Assembly (NCBI GenBank): GCA_008632985.1
Contig: QPGO01000005.1
Coordinates: forward strand, 517,607 to 581,606
Length of the DNA: 64,000 nucleotides
DNA from: Psammoneis japonica
Taxonomy: Eukaryota
Reading direction: 5' to 3'
Shown here: piece after piece, positions 49,159 through 60,012 of the stretch
Layout of the letters: the number at the start of each line of letters is the position of its first letter
Position numbering within the stretch: the stretch's first letter is position 1
Program-made: the position numbers and the translations under genes
Notes under the pieces: generated by a model
What the model was told of the DNA's origin: nothing
Databases searched by the model: none
The model's input: only the letters and a program-made list of their open reading frames with translations

Positions 49159-50409
49159 ATGGTTGTCGGCAACAACGACGAAAATACACCTATGGTTATG
49201 GTGTTGGACTGTCCGACAAAACCATCAGAGACCGGTGGTGAAATTAGCCGTGACGCTACACCAAGTCAAATCAGCGGTGTTTCCAAAGCATTATTGAACG
49301 CATCCAAAGTGGTATCTCTCATCGATCCGTCAAGTGGTCAAGAGCGTCAATATCTCTGCGTTCCGCGCTCCAAAGAAAGTGACGACAAGAGCTGTGATTT
49401 GTTGGAAATTCAGCGCATCAAACCGTCTGCGTACAGATCATACTTTGTCGGTTCCCGTGTTGTATCAGACGGAGCTCTTTACGTATCGACTCGAGTAGAT
49501 CCATTGTATTTTGTATTGAATGCGCTCACAACCGCCAAAACGGGCGAGTCGTTTGCATCGACAAACAAGTGGCAACCCCTCGAGCAAGTGCTTGCTCATG
49601 TTCCTGACGTTGTCGTGGACGCTGTCAACGAGTCGCAGTTGCGTCACTTGTGCGAAGCCACCAATGAGTTTGGAGACGACTTGATCTTGTACAAGTTTTC
49701 TCCAGACTGTGCTCTAGCTTGGCTGAAAAAGAAACAAGACCGAGCATTTCAAACCATTCATGATCAAATGGTAGCGTCCAAACGAGAAAAGCAGAAATTG
49801 GATGCAAAGAAAACGCAAGAGAGTGGCGGTGCTGGAGCATACAGCTCTACCTTTCGGCTTGCTCAAGAAAGCGATGACGAACATGAAGAAAAGAATAGCG
49901 GAATTTCAAGTGGCGATGCTTCTCCAGTCTCGACGGCCACCACGATTACAACCAACGATACGAAAACAAGACTATCCAAGCAGGAAGAAAAGGAAGCCAT
50001 GGAGTCAAGCGTCCAAGTGGTTTGTGCATACTTATCACCCGAATGGAGTGACAAGTTGGTCAAAGCATGTAGTCTGGATCAAGATGTGCTTCTTCCCTTG
50101 TCAGAACAAAAGCAGAACGACAAAACTGCAAAAGCAAAGAAATCGTCGTCGTCCTCTTGCGCTTGGGACGGGCCACCGGGTGCCAAGGAAGCCAACCAGC
50201 TTTTGCATTTTACAATGGGTGGAGCACCGACCGACAAGGACGATTCGGAAAAGCCAAAGACAACGAAGAACAGCAAGCAACTGTCCAAGACGGCAAAGAC
50301 GGCTGGGTTGAAGCGACTCGCCAAGGTCAATACCAAGGGTATGAAGAGTCTCTCCTGTTTCTTTGGTGCAAGCGCTCCAAAGAAACAAAAGAAGGAATCG
50401 TCAAAGTGA
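49159..50409 (+). CDS. RNASEH2B: Ribonuclease H2 subunit B
   Basis: RSYFVG..VVSDG.LYV.T.VDPLYF, LAWLKKK, C-terminal PIP-like KGMKSLSCFF. Confidence 0.85.
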   Translation: MVVGNNDENTPMVMVLDCPTKPSETGGEISRDATPSQISGVSKALLNASKVVSLIDPSSGQERQYLCVPRSKESDDKSCDLLEIQRIKPSAYRSYFVGSRVVSDGALYVSTRVDPLYFVLNALTTAKTGESFASTNKWQPLEQVLAHVPDVVVDAVNESQLRHLCEATNEFGDDLILYKFSPDCALAWLKKKQDRAFQTIHDQMVASKREKQKLDAKKTQESGGAGAYSSTFRLAQESDDEHEEKNSGISSGDASPVSTATTITTNDTKTRLSKQEEKEAMESSVQVVCAYLSPEWSDKLVKACSLDQDVLLPLSEQKQNDKTAKAKKSSSSSCAWDGPPGAKEANQLLHFTMGGAPTDKDDSEKPKTTKNSKQLSKTAKTAGLKRLAKVNTKGMKSLSCFFGASAPKKQKKESSK

Positions 50410-50557
50410 TTATACTAATATTATACTAAGTCAACGAAGACAGTTTAGGGATTTGATTAATGTCGAGAGCAATTAGTGTACATTTTAAGACAGTATGTAT
50501 GCGTAGTGGGAATGCGGTTTAGCTCGTTCTTTACCCAGAGCATGCACAACGCACAGC

Positions 50558-51454
50558 CTAGTTTGCCTTTGACATTACAATTTTCTCCTTCATTGCATCG
50601 GCCAGCTGACTTGAACTAACACGCCCCTGCTCCTTTATGAAAGCAGTCATTGCTTCTAGCTCTTCCGGGGTAACGTGGATAAATCTAGTAGGTCCACCCC
50701 ATATGCCCGTCACTACATCCAAATCTTCAAGCTTGTGTATGCGGTCCACAACTTGCCGAGTCGGTACCCGTAACCGCTCAGCGTATTCCTCTACATCGAC
50801 CACCTTGTCGCGTTTGAGTGTTTCTAGGAACTCTTTCACCGACACTTTGGTATTTCCGTCTTGACTTAAAAGAAAGGTATTCCACTCTTCGAGTTCGGCT
50901 CGTTCCAGTCTTCTTTCTTGTTCTTCCCTATCAAGTTTTCGTTTCAGTGACTGCTCCGCCTCTTGCATATCTCGTTCTTTCTTTTCACGTTGTGCAGCCT
51001 CCATCGCTTTTCGTTGAATTTCACGGCGCTCATCCTCAAACAGACGCCGCTCCTTTCGTTCCGTGGCCTTGGCGGCTTTTTGACGTTCTTTTCGAGATAA
51101 GTGCCTTTCCTGCTGATTGGATGGTTCGGCGTCATCCTCTCCATCCTCGGCTGGAGGACCATCAGCTGGAGCTATTCTTCGTTGTTTCTTCATTCGGTTC
51201 TTGGCACGTGCTCGCCGTTGAGCTCTGTTCAATTTGGATACATCTGCTTGATCCAACATTTCGTCGTAATCTACTTCCTCCTCGCCATCCTTCCCATCTC
51301 CGGCAGCAGAGTCATCAAGTCTCATCCAAATCAAGGAATAAATCGTAACAGACAGCATGATGAAACCAATCACGGAAACACCAAGCAGCACGGCATCAGA
51401 AAATCCTACGCTTGGCGCATCTTCCATGACTGGATGAAAGCTGTCTTTCTCCAT
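50558..51454 (-). CDS. DDRGK1: DDRGK1/UFBP1-like protein
   Basis: N-terminal TM, charged coiled coil, C-terminal winged helix KVV..E..A...VVDRI..L...TGI....RFIHVT.EE...FIKEQGRVS; the DDRGK motif itself is diverged. Confidence 0.8.
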   Translation of the reverse strand: MEKDSFHPVMEDAPSVGFSDAVLLGVSVIGFIMLSVTIYSLIWMRLDDSAAGDGKDGEEEVDYDEMLDQADVSKLNRAQRRARAKNRMKKQRRIAPADGPPAEDGEDDAEPSNQQERHLSRKERQKAAKATERKERRLFEDERREIQRKAMEAAQREKKERDMQEAEQSLKRKLDREEQERRLERAELEEWNTFLLSQDGNTKVSVKEFLETLKRDKVVDVEEYAERLRVPTRQVVDRIHKLEDLDVVTGIWGGPTRFIHVTPEELEAMTAFIKEQGRVSSSQLADAMKEKIVMSKAN

Positions 51455-51880
51455 AATGTGATGAAATGGTGATGTGCTCGTTTTCTTCTGGGTAGACTCT
51501 AGAGTAGGTGTTCTTCAGCTCCTCGAGAAGCACAGGCAAATTGAAAATGCAGTACGGTAGACTCTAGGAACGCAAAAGCTATGGCTCTTGCGGTCATGGC
51601 GGCAGTTTTAACGCGACACTCTGCGAATTCTGGAGCTCGGACCTCGAAGAAGACGTCATCAAGGGGGTCTGGGTTCGTTCGTCAATTCAAAATTCAACTC
51701 AATCCTGCTCACACTTGGCGCTCAACTCAACAAAGACGTTGCTGGGAGAAGAGCCAAGGTTTCCAAGAGCAGGAGCGCTTCAATGCCCAAGGATGGCATG
51801 CCCCCCTCACATCATCTTGGCCAGCCCCCCAGCTGTTTGCCCCACTTCTTTGTGACAGAGCCCTTGTGCCCACCCACACC

Positions 51881-52107
51881 NNNNNNNNNNNNNNNNNNNN
51901 NNNNNNNNNNNNNNNNNNNNNNNNNNNNNNNNNNNNNNNNNNNNNNNNNNNNNNNNNNNNNNNNNNNNNNNNNNNNNNNNNNNNNNNNNNNNNNNNNNNN
52001 NNNNNNNNNNNNNNNNNNNNNNNNNNNNNNNNNNNNNNNNNNNNNNNNNNNNNNNNNNNNNNNNNNNNNNNNNNNNNNNNNNNNNNNNNNNNNNNNNNNN
52101 NNNNNNN
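51881..52107. other. Assembly gap (N run), followed by a (TG)n tract at about 52128-52163
   Basis: Seen directly. Confidence 0.99.
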
Positions 52108-55100
52108 GGCGGTGCCTTTTCTCCTCTTGTGTGTGTGTGTGTGTGTGTGTGTGCACATGTGTGAGGGTGGGCTGTGCAATGGCTTTGTGCTGCACAGCAC
52201 TCCTTGACCCCTGAGACACTCCTGAGCCTCTGATTGAGGATGCCATCATGGAGAAGAAGAGCCAAGGCTGCCAAAGTTGAGCTCTTTGATGCCGAAGGGT
52301 GGCTCACCTCAAAAATTCTGGCACTTGCCCTGCCTTCTTGTTGCTCTTGGTGGCACTTTCTTCCTGCTCCAGACACCAACGTGCACAAGAAAGTTGTGGC
52401 ACAACTGGAAATGTGCCCAGTTGGCAAGGCAAGGGAAGAGACTGAAGCTCCTTTTCAGCAATTGAAAAACAAAGATTGCACATCAGAAATGTCTTCCTTG
52501 TGTTGGCGCAGGAGCTTTTTGAGAGAGAGCATTGTGGCAACAGGCTGTTGTCAGAGACGTGCAATGCACATGCAGTGTTGCAGCTGCAGCAGCGCCCTGC
52601 TGTCTTGGCCACCAGGACAGCATGTGGGGTTTGCAGCTGGCAAAGCAGCCAGTGTTGTTGCTTCTGCTGTTTGTTGGGTGGGGCACAAAGAGGTCGTGTT
52701 CATCCCCTTCTTCATGCTTTTCATTGCACACAGCTGCTCAGCAAGCCAACAACAATTGGATCCATCAATGATCTCCCTGCAGGTGGCCAGCACACCTCCA
52801 CCCTCAAAAGGAGAAAGTGCTGCTCCCTCAACCATCTGCACATTTGTGCCAATCTTTCTGCCAACAGTCAGGAGAGGTTGCTGCTTCTTTTTTGTGGTTC
52901 CCAAAATTCTTGCTTTTTCTGCTGGAGGTGACTGCTTTTTTTGTGCTTGAGAATGTTGCTCCTTGCCTTGCTCCATTTTTCATTGCAAGACTTTTGCCCA
53001 TCACTTTGGCCTTTTCAGTCACTTGTGTCACTGCCTCATTTTCCATGATTCAAAGCTTGCAATGACATGCTTCATTTTCCTTGAAGCTGCTCTTCTTGAG
53101 GCTTGAGACAGACAAAACAGATCCACTGACTCATCAGGAGGCCCCTGACTCTTCCCATGTCAGCATGGCTGTCCCACCACCAACAGCTGGAGACAAAAAG
53201 AGTTGCTTCATTGATGACATCTGTTGACTGGTCTGTGTCAAACTCTTGATCCATGCCATTGGCATCATCTGATGCTGAAGCATTTCAAAAAGCATTGTTT
53301 CAAAAACCCACAAGAAGAAGTGGGCAATCATTCATGGCATTGTCCAAACCAGGCTGTGCAACCAAGACAAGCACAGCAGTGGTCAAGAAAAATGGCCAGC
53401 CACAACAGCCCATTGAGATCAACAAGATTGTCCTCTGCAGACAACAGAGGCACAGAGGTCATCTGCTGAGCCCTGTTGGGTTCTTCAATCTGCTTTTGTT
53501 TTGTGATGGTGAGATGCCACCAAAGCAAAGCTTGTTCAATTTGGAGCAGACGGCCATGTTTGTCAGCAGCAGCTTCATTTCCAGCATTGTGGTTGGCATG
53601 GGCAATTTCTTTTGTGGTTTGCTTGGTGGGGTGTCAGAGTTGGAGCTGCACTCTGTCTCTTCATCAGAAGACTCAGACTCTTCACTTTCTCCTGATGCCA
53701 ACAAAATGGCACCATGATGCTTCTCAAGCTTGCCAGCAGCAGTTGAAAATGTTCCTCAAGAGCAAGCTTCTGTTGCTGGCAATCTTCATTGATGGTGACA
53801 GTCTGTTGCTGATGCTGATGTGCTTCCACATCTTTTTGTCACCAGAGTGGCAGATTTTTGGCTTTGCACAGCAGATCAAAGCAGCGGCAATGTGGTTGAG
53901 GGTGTTTGGCCCACCTGCTTCCTTGGTGCCTTCAAGCAACCAACCTTGCATGTGTGGAGCAAAAGTTGGAGATTGTGAAGGTGCTGGAGTCTCTCTCTGG
54001 CTTTTTTTGAGTGCGGGCATTGTCAGCACTGCTGCCTTGTGTTCTCCAGAGAGTCTTGGGTGATGCAAGGGCAAGTGCAGCTGTGTTGCATGCAATGAAA
54101 AATGTTGCATTGGTTTTTGAGCAGCATTTTGTTTTGACAGGCTTTTCGCTTTTCCCATCAAAGAGCCACACAGGTGCAGAGTGATTGTGCCATGGCTTCT
54201 GCTTTAAAGCAGCACATTTGCTGAGTTTGTCAGAACCCACAGTCTGCAAACCGTGAGAGTTGCACACCAAATGATGGCTTTGATGATGCCAAAGAGTGCA
54301 AATGCTGACAGTGAATGTGTTGGGAATGCACTTTCCAACTGGGTGCATGGTGCATGTTGGTGTAGAAGGTTGATGCTGGGGTTCAACACATGCTCTCTCC
54401 AACATGACTCTGGCAATTTCTTGGGAAATGAGCTGACAATGACTGCATCATCAGAAAATCATGTGTTGATGACAACATGACATGAAGATGTTGAGTGGCC
54501 ATTGACGTGCTTTCCACCATGGCTGACAGGTTGATTTGACATGAAGGTTTCTTGCCAGCCACGGAGCAAGAAATTCCATTGGGCACAACATCTTTGTGGC
54601 ACGATGGTGTGCGGCAATTGTCAAACGGCAAGTGGGAATTGACTCCCATTCTCAGCAACATTTTTGTCATTGAGTCTAGTGGCTTCTTGCATGCAAACCA
54701 AAGATTTCATGATCCCCAGACTCAGCTGACAATTCAAGCAGAAAGAGGGGCCAGCAACGGTTGACCTCATGTCCACCATGGACAACATGATGTCAGACAT
54801 TGGGGTGAAAACCATTTCTTGAGACATGTCAGAGAAACACATTTCAAAGCTGTTTTGTGAGAGGCCAAAGCCTGAAAATAAAGACAACCAAGACTTGCAA
54901 CTAAGGTGAGGTTCCACACCTCCAGGTGTTGGAATGAGGATTTCAGCATGTGCATGAAATGAGCAAGCAAGCTGCGCGCAGATGGCATGAAATGAATTCA
55001 TTGGCGCCAATGAGTTAAGACCAGTCAACAGAAGAGTGCACCATGGTGACAGGACTTCCACCAATGACAAGGTGACAGAGCTCGACAGAAGAGTGACCTC

Positions 55101-58100
55101 CGGAGCCTCTGGAAACAAGAAACAAACTTGTTTTCATGAGACCTTGCGCTCACAATCTAAGAGATGTCAGGATGCAATGAATCTGGCAGAACAGTCACAC
55201 CTTCATCAATTTTTTCACCGTGTTGCATTGCTGATGATCAGACTGTGGTGATGTGTGTCTGCAAGCAATTGATCTTGATTGTGTCTCTAGGATCCAAAGA
55301 ACTGCCACACACCAAGAGTTTTCCTGGCAGAGCAACGTGTGATGAGTGGCTTGTCTTGATTTGACAAGTCGCTCACTTCACAATTGGTTGGTGATGCGCT
55401 TCATCTTGTGACATTCAGAATTCAACCTGACCAAGTGTGTGCAGATTTTGGACATGGAAGGCTTGCTGTTTCATGGAGGAAATCCAAATTGTGACAGCAA
55501 AGGAGCACTGTGCAGACTTTTGGCAGTGGGCATCACTTGATTTGTTGAATCCCCCTCAGTGTTCCAGGATGCGGAGGATTCAATCTCTGTTCCAGCAGAA
55601 GGAACGAGAGAGTGTTCAAAGGATCACCAAAAAGCAGGTCTCCTGGTGTCTCAATCACTGTCAGATGGTGTGTCAAATTGAAGGGTCAACGGGTGTGTGA
55701 GTGTTTGTTTGTCTTTGGATGTTTTTGGACAAAGCCAGAGGCCAGAGAGCATTGATCAGTTTTCATGATGTTGGCTCTGCAGGAACAAGCATGAAAGCAT
55801 GTCAATTGAGGGAGCATTGCACAGGAGAACACTCTGCTTGCTGCTGCTTTTGATGTCTGTGGAACTGCCAGTGTTGTCTCCATGCACTGGCAAAGAAAAA
55901 GCTGCTGGCAGGCAATCCCTTTTTCATGAGAAAGTGGCTTGGTGCGGGACTTGGACATGGAACACATCTTGACCAAAGGAAATCAAAAAGAGAAGTGCTT
56001 TTTAAAGAAAAGTGCTTTTTTGTGACATTCAGAGACATGAGCTCACTGTGAATTGTTGATCTGATGACCCCTGAGTCTGCACAGAGCTCAAGATTCATGG
56101 CTTCAGCATGCATTTCTTTCACCAAGTGCAGCCTTGCAGAGAGCATTCATTGTTGAAAAAGACACGTCAATTTCAGGCACAATCTGGGGCATGAAGGTGT
56201 TGCTGTTTGATGTGAGCAATGAAACAAACCCAAAAGAAGCAGGGGCATGTGGGTGCCAACAGGAAAGCCAGTTCAACGTGGAGTGGGTGTGTTTGGCTGC
56301 ATCACAAATCTCAAACTTGCAAAAAAAAAGGTCTGTGAGGCCAGGTGCATCCAGCACTTTGTTCCTGGTTCCTGGAGGCAATTGCCATCCTCAAATCCCA
56401 ACAAAAAAATCATGACCAAGTCATTCTTTTGTGGTCCATGTTTCCACTGCAGCTTGACCAAATCAATGAGTTTGATGGCAAACAGCAGATTTGCATTGTC
56501 GACAATGTTGCAGAGACTGCAGTCTCCATGTTGAGTGTCTCACACTGAACAGGTTGGTTGCAGCTGCACCATGGAGAAAACAGGGAAACGCATCAGCTTC
56601 TTGGGAGACAACGCTGGGGCAGAAAGAATTGAGGGTGCAACAGCATTCCCCAGAAAGGCACTTGCAGACAAGAATTTCATTGAGAAAGCAGAGGCAGGTG
56701 CTTTTTCACGCAAGATGGCATGGTCAAGAAATGAAAGGCAAGGCTGCCCCGACTTTGAAGCTGGCTTGAGAACCACACTAAAGCAGCTCAAAAGTCCATG
56801 TCAAGACAATGAAATTCCAGCAAATGCCAAACATGTGAGGCAGAACATGTTTTGGTTTTCAGCTGTGCATGGATCAAAACTCAAACAATGAGATGTTGCA
56901 TCTGCTCCAAACACACCAATGCACCCAGAGAATCAATCTCTCTGTGAGTTTGCATGTTTGGCCTTCACAATGGAAAAGACAATGCAGCAAGATGGACATG
57001 CTGGCTCTTTTTGGGTTTGTCTGTAGATTTGTGCATGGCAAGCAACTTTGACTTGAACTTTCTAAAACATTGGGGTGGTGGATGAGTGCGAGGCACAGCA
57101 TGCCCGTGTTGCCCAACTCTGCTTTGGGGTGAGCACATTGCTCAATGGATCAGTTGCTTTTTTTTTGTCACAGCTGACAGTCAAGACTGCCACCAACAAT
57201 TGCAGGGCTGCAACATGTGGTGCTGTTCCAATGCAGTGCAGCGTGCAGCCGCTCAGGGCGCCTGTTGAAAACGAAGTTGGCGAGGTTTCTCTCTGTCTGT
57301 TTCTCAACTGGAGCAGTTTTGTTCAAGCATGACAAACTCCCTTGAAAAACTTGTGAAGTTTTCAGGACTGAGTGCCATCAGAGGGTTTCATTTGACAGAA
57401 GCTGATGAAGGGAAGGCAGTGGTCAGCTTAGTGGCACACCGCCCCAGGGGCGGGCCACCGCCCTGAAGTTTTGCAACAATGTGCACCCACCTTTTGCGCC
57501 TGCAGCAACCATCCCAGACAACACAGAAGGAGCCAGCGAAACTCTGGTCCTGACCACATGGTCAATTTTTGTGTGCTTGGATGGTCGATCCCCTCCTTTT
57601 CCCCCTTTTCCTTTTGCCAGGCCACGAACGAACATGAGAAAACTTCCCAAACGCAACATCGTCTGCATGTCACACAACAAAAGCTTTCCTCGCCGCTTGC
57701 CGCTCGCCGCGTGAACGACACACACCATGGCGTGTGAGACGGCGTGCTCTGCGACACCCGACACTTGACAGCATCCTCAAGAAACAACATTCGTCCTGTT
57801 TGTTTGCGTTTTGTTTGTTCAAAATGAGGGGCTGTGGAAGGTAAAAACGGCACTTTTTCATTGTCAAATAAATCGTCTGACGTCAAGCGTCGTCGGCATG
57901 AGGTTTCGGGTGCTGCAAGTGCAATGGAACGATGATTTACATCTAAAATGCCTGTTTTACCCTCATGAACCAGAGCAAGGCGAGCTCCCGATGCATCTTC
58001 AGTCAGCAAAGAATCATCAAGAAGTTGACAAAGAGATGGCATGTTTTACTTGCCGGCACAGAGCCATGAGCATCAGAAAGAGTAATTCCAAGAGAAGCTT

Positions 58101-59900
58101 CTTGAAAAGGTGCAAGTCTTGCGATTTCATCGGGGTGGACGGGTTTTGCCAAGACATGCAGTGTGTGGAGTGCCGCTGCCTCACGGTCGGCATCATTGAT
58201 TGACTCTGTTGGGTGCTGCACTGCACCTTTCTTCAGCATGTTCCTCATGTTGTTCCATGAAGGGTGACGTCATAGGAGCGGGTCAAGCACTTTGGCGGGA
58301 CAAACTTCGGAGCCGCGCCATGGGACCAAGGACCAGTGTTGGGACAAAATCAACCAATTTTGTTCAGAGGCTTCTTTGACATGTTCAAAGGAGAAGACAG
58401 GCGCGCTGGGCAGTCGAATGGGTGTGACCATGATGACGTGGATCAGCTCGATTAAGTCGGAGCCGCATCTGGTTTTGTCCCATCAGCCCCCTGTGCGGGG
58501 TTTCTCGAGTGCGAGTGGGCAAGCAGCCAGCCTCGTGGGCCTGCTGAAAAGGAGCATGTTCGGTGGGCGTTGCATCCATTGCTTGAATGTGGACTGCTGA
58601 GGAATCCTTAAGATGAAAAAGCCATTTGGTGGGCTGTGCTGATGTCTCCTGAAAAAGGAGTCGGTTTGTCCGCCCGAATGTCTCTCGTCGTGAGACTCGA
58701 GCTGCTGTCGCCGCCGTTCGAGTGAATAGTTCGCCGGGTTGGGTGAATGCTTGCCAAACGTTTTGATTGCTTTTTGTTGCTCTGCCAACCGTCTTTCTTT
58801 GTTGTCAAGGCTTTCTTGGCGATCGGATGATCACAGAATGGAGGCGTGGGAGGAGGGAGGGGCTGGCGGATCGAATTGTCCACCAGGAGTGCGAGCTTAA
58901 TTGGGGTTGGGACGTTGAACGGCATCAAGATGCGCTTTGAAGGTGCTCGTGGGTTTTGGGTGGTGGACGTGCAGGTCCACCTAAAATTGGGTCGCCACTG
59001 TCAGGCAACGACCGTGCGTTCTATTCTTGCTTGGGCTCCTGTCCGACGCTTCTGCACTTGGCAACCCAGTGGTCCATTTCTTGTGGAATTTGCGACAAAG
59101 TGGGGTGTGGAACTTGGGCATTGACCCTGCCTTCGAGTGGGGCACTTTTCTGTAATCTTGCTGCTTTTAAACGCATCGTGTCTGGGACCAAGAATGTGAA
59201 GCAAACTCCCATTTCTAAAGGTGCAACAGCACATGCATTGTTTCCACAACATTGAGGCACTTCGGGAGAGGGGAATGTTAGCGGTTGGGGTGATCTGCCA
59301 AGGCTTGGGCACTGTCCAGCTCTCAAGAGGGACAAAAGCCTGTTTCTGCACGACTCCGAACCGATGGCGTGGCTCTTTCGCATTGGAGTGTCGAACCGTG
59401 AGCATCACAAAAGACCTGTGGATGTCAACAGCTTGAACACCCTCATTCCACTTCTCTTGGAGCCTGGATCTGGCCAAATTGATGAAGCAGGGAGTGCGTC
59501 AACTCCGTCACAAGGACACCAAGCATGGGAATGTGGAAACTCTTGCTGTGGTTCTTGGCAGCTGGACCGCACCGGACGGGACTGGCAATCGCTCCCTGAT
59601 GCTCTTGTCAGTGACATTTGGGTTGCTGTTTTGACGATGAAAGGCACTCGATGCCGCACATTGTGTCCTGTCAACGAGCGTCTCTAGCAGGTGCTTCTGA
59701 CAATCAACAGGGTGCGTGGTGCCAAGCGGAGTGTTCTTTGAACATGTGTTTGTTTGTGATGATTTCTTGTTTGCACTCTGACGATTGTGGAGCTTGTCTT
59801 TCCCACTCTCTTCCTCCCCTGGGATTGCGTGACAGATCGCATGAACTCTCGGAACCGATGGGTTGCGCGACTCGACAGAATCGTCACTTTGAGTCGCACC
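52108..59900. other. Heavily decayed, unassigned TE-like region, TpA-depleted throughout and also CpG-poor to about 57300
   Basis: No long coherent ORF; TG/CA-rich composition. Confidence 0.55.
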
Positions 59901-60012
59901 ACCTTAGCATGGTTCGGGCATCAGAGACACCGACCTCGTTTGAGTTCTTGGGCACATTCCGCGATTCCAGAGGTAAGAAAGAAAACCGGTTAGACAAGCT
60001 CCACGTAATTTT

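Noticed and set aside
52128..52163. (TG)n/CA tract as a converted (TA)n microsatellite
   Set aside because: Compatible with the process but indistinguishable from an ordinary TG microsatellite.
51581..52427. ORFs spanning the N run
   Set aside because: Artefacts of the assembly gap.
8870..59900. Hundreds of short overlapping ORFs and long antisense ORFs (e.g. 28836-30431, 28901-30376) as real genes
   Set aside because: Expected by-product of TAA/TAG loss and tandem repeats; Cys/His-rich with no motifs.
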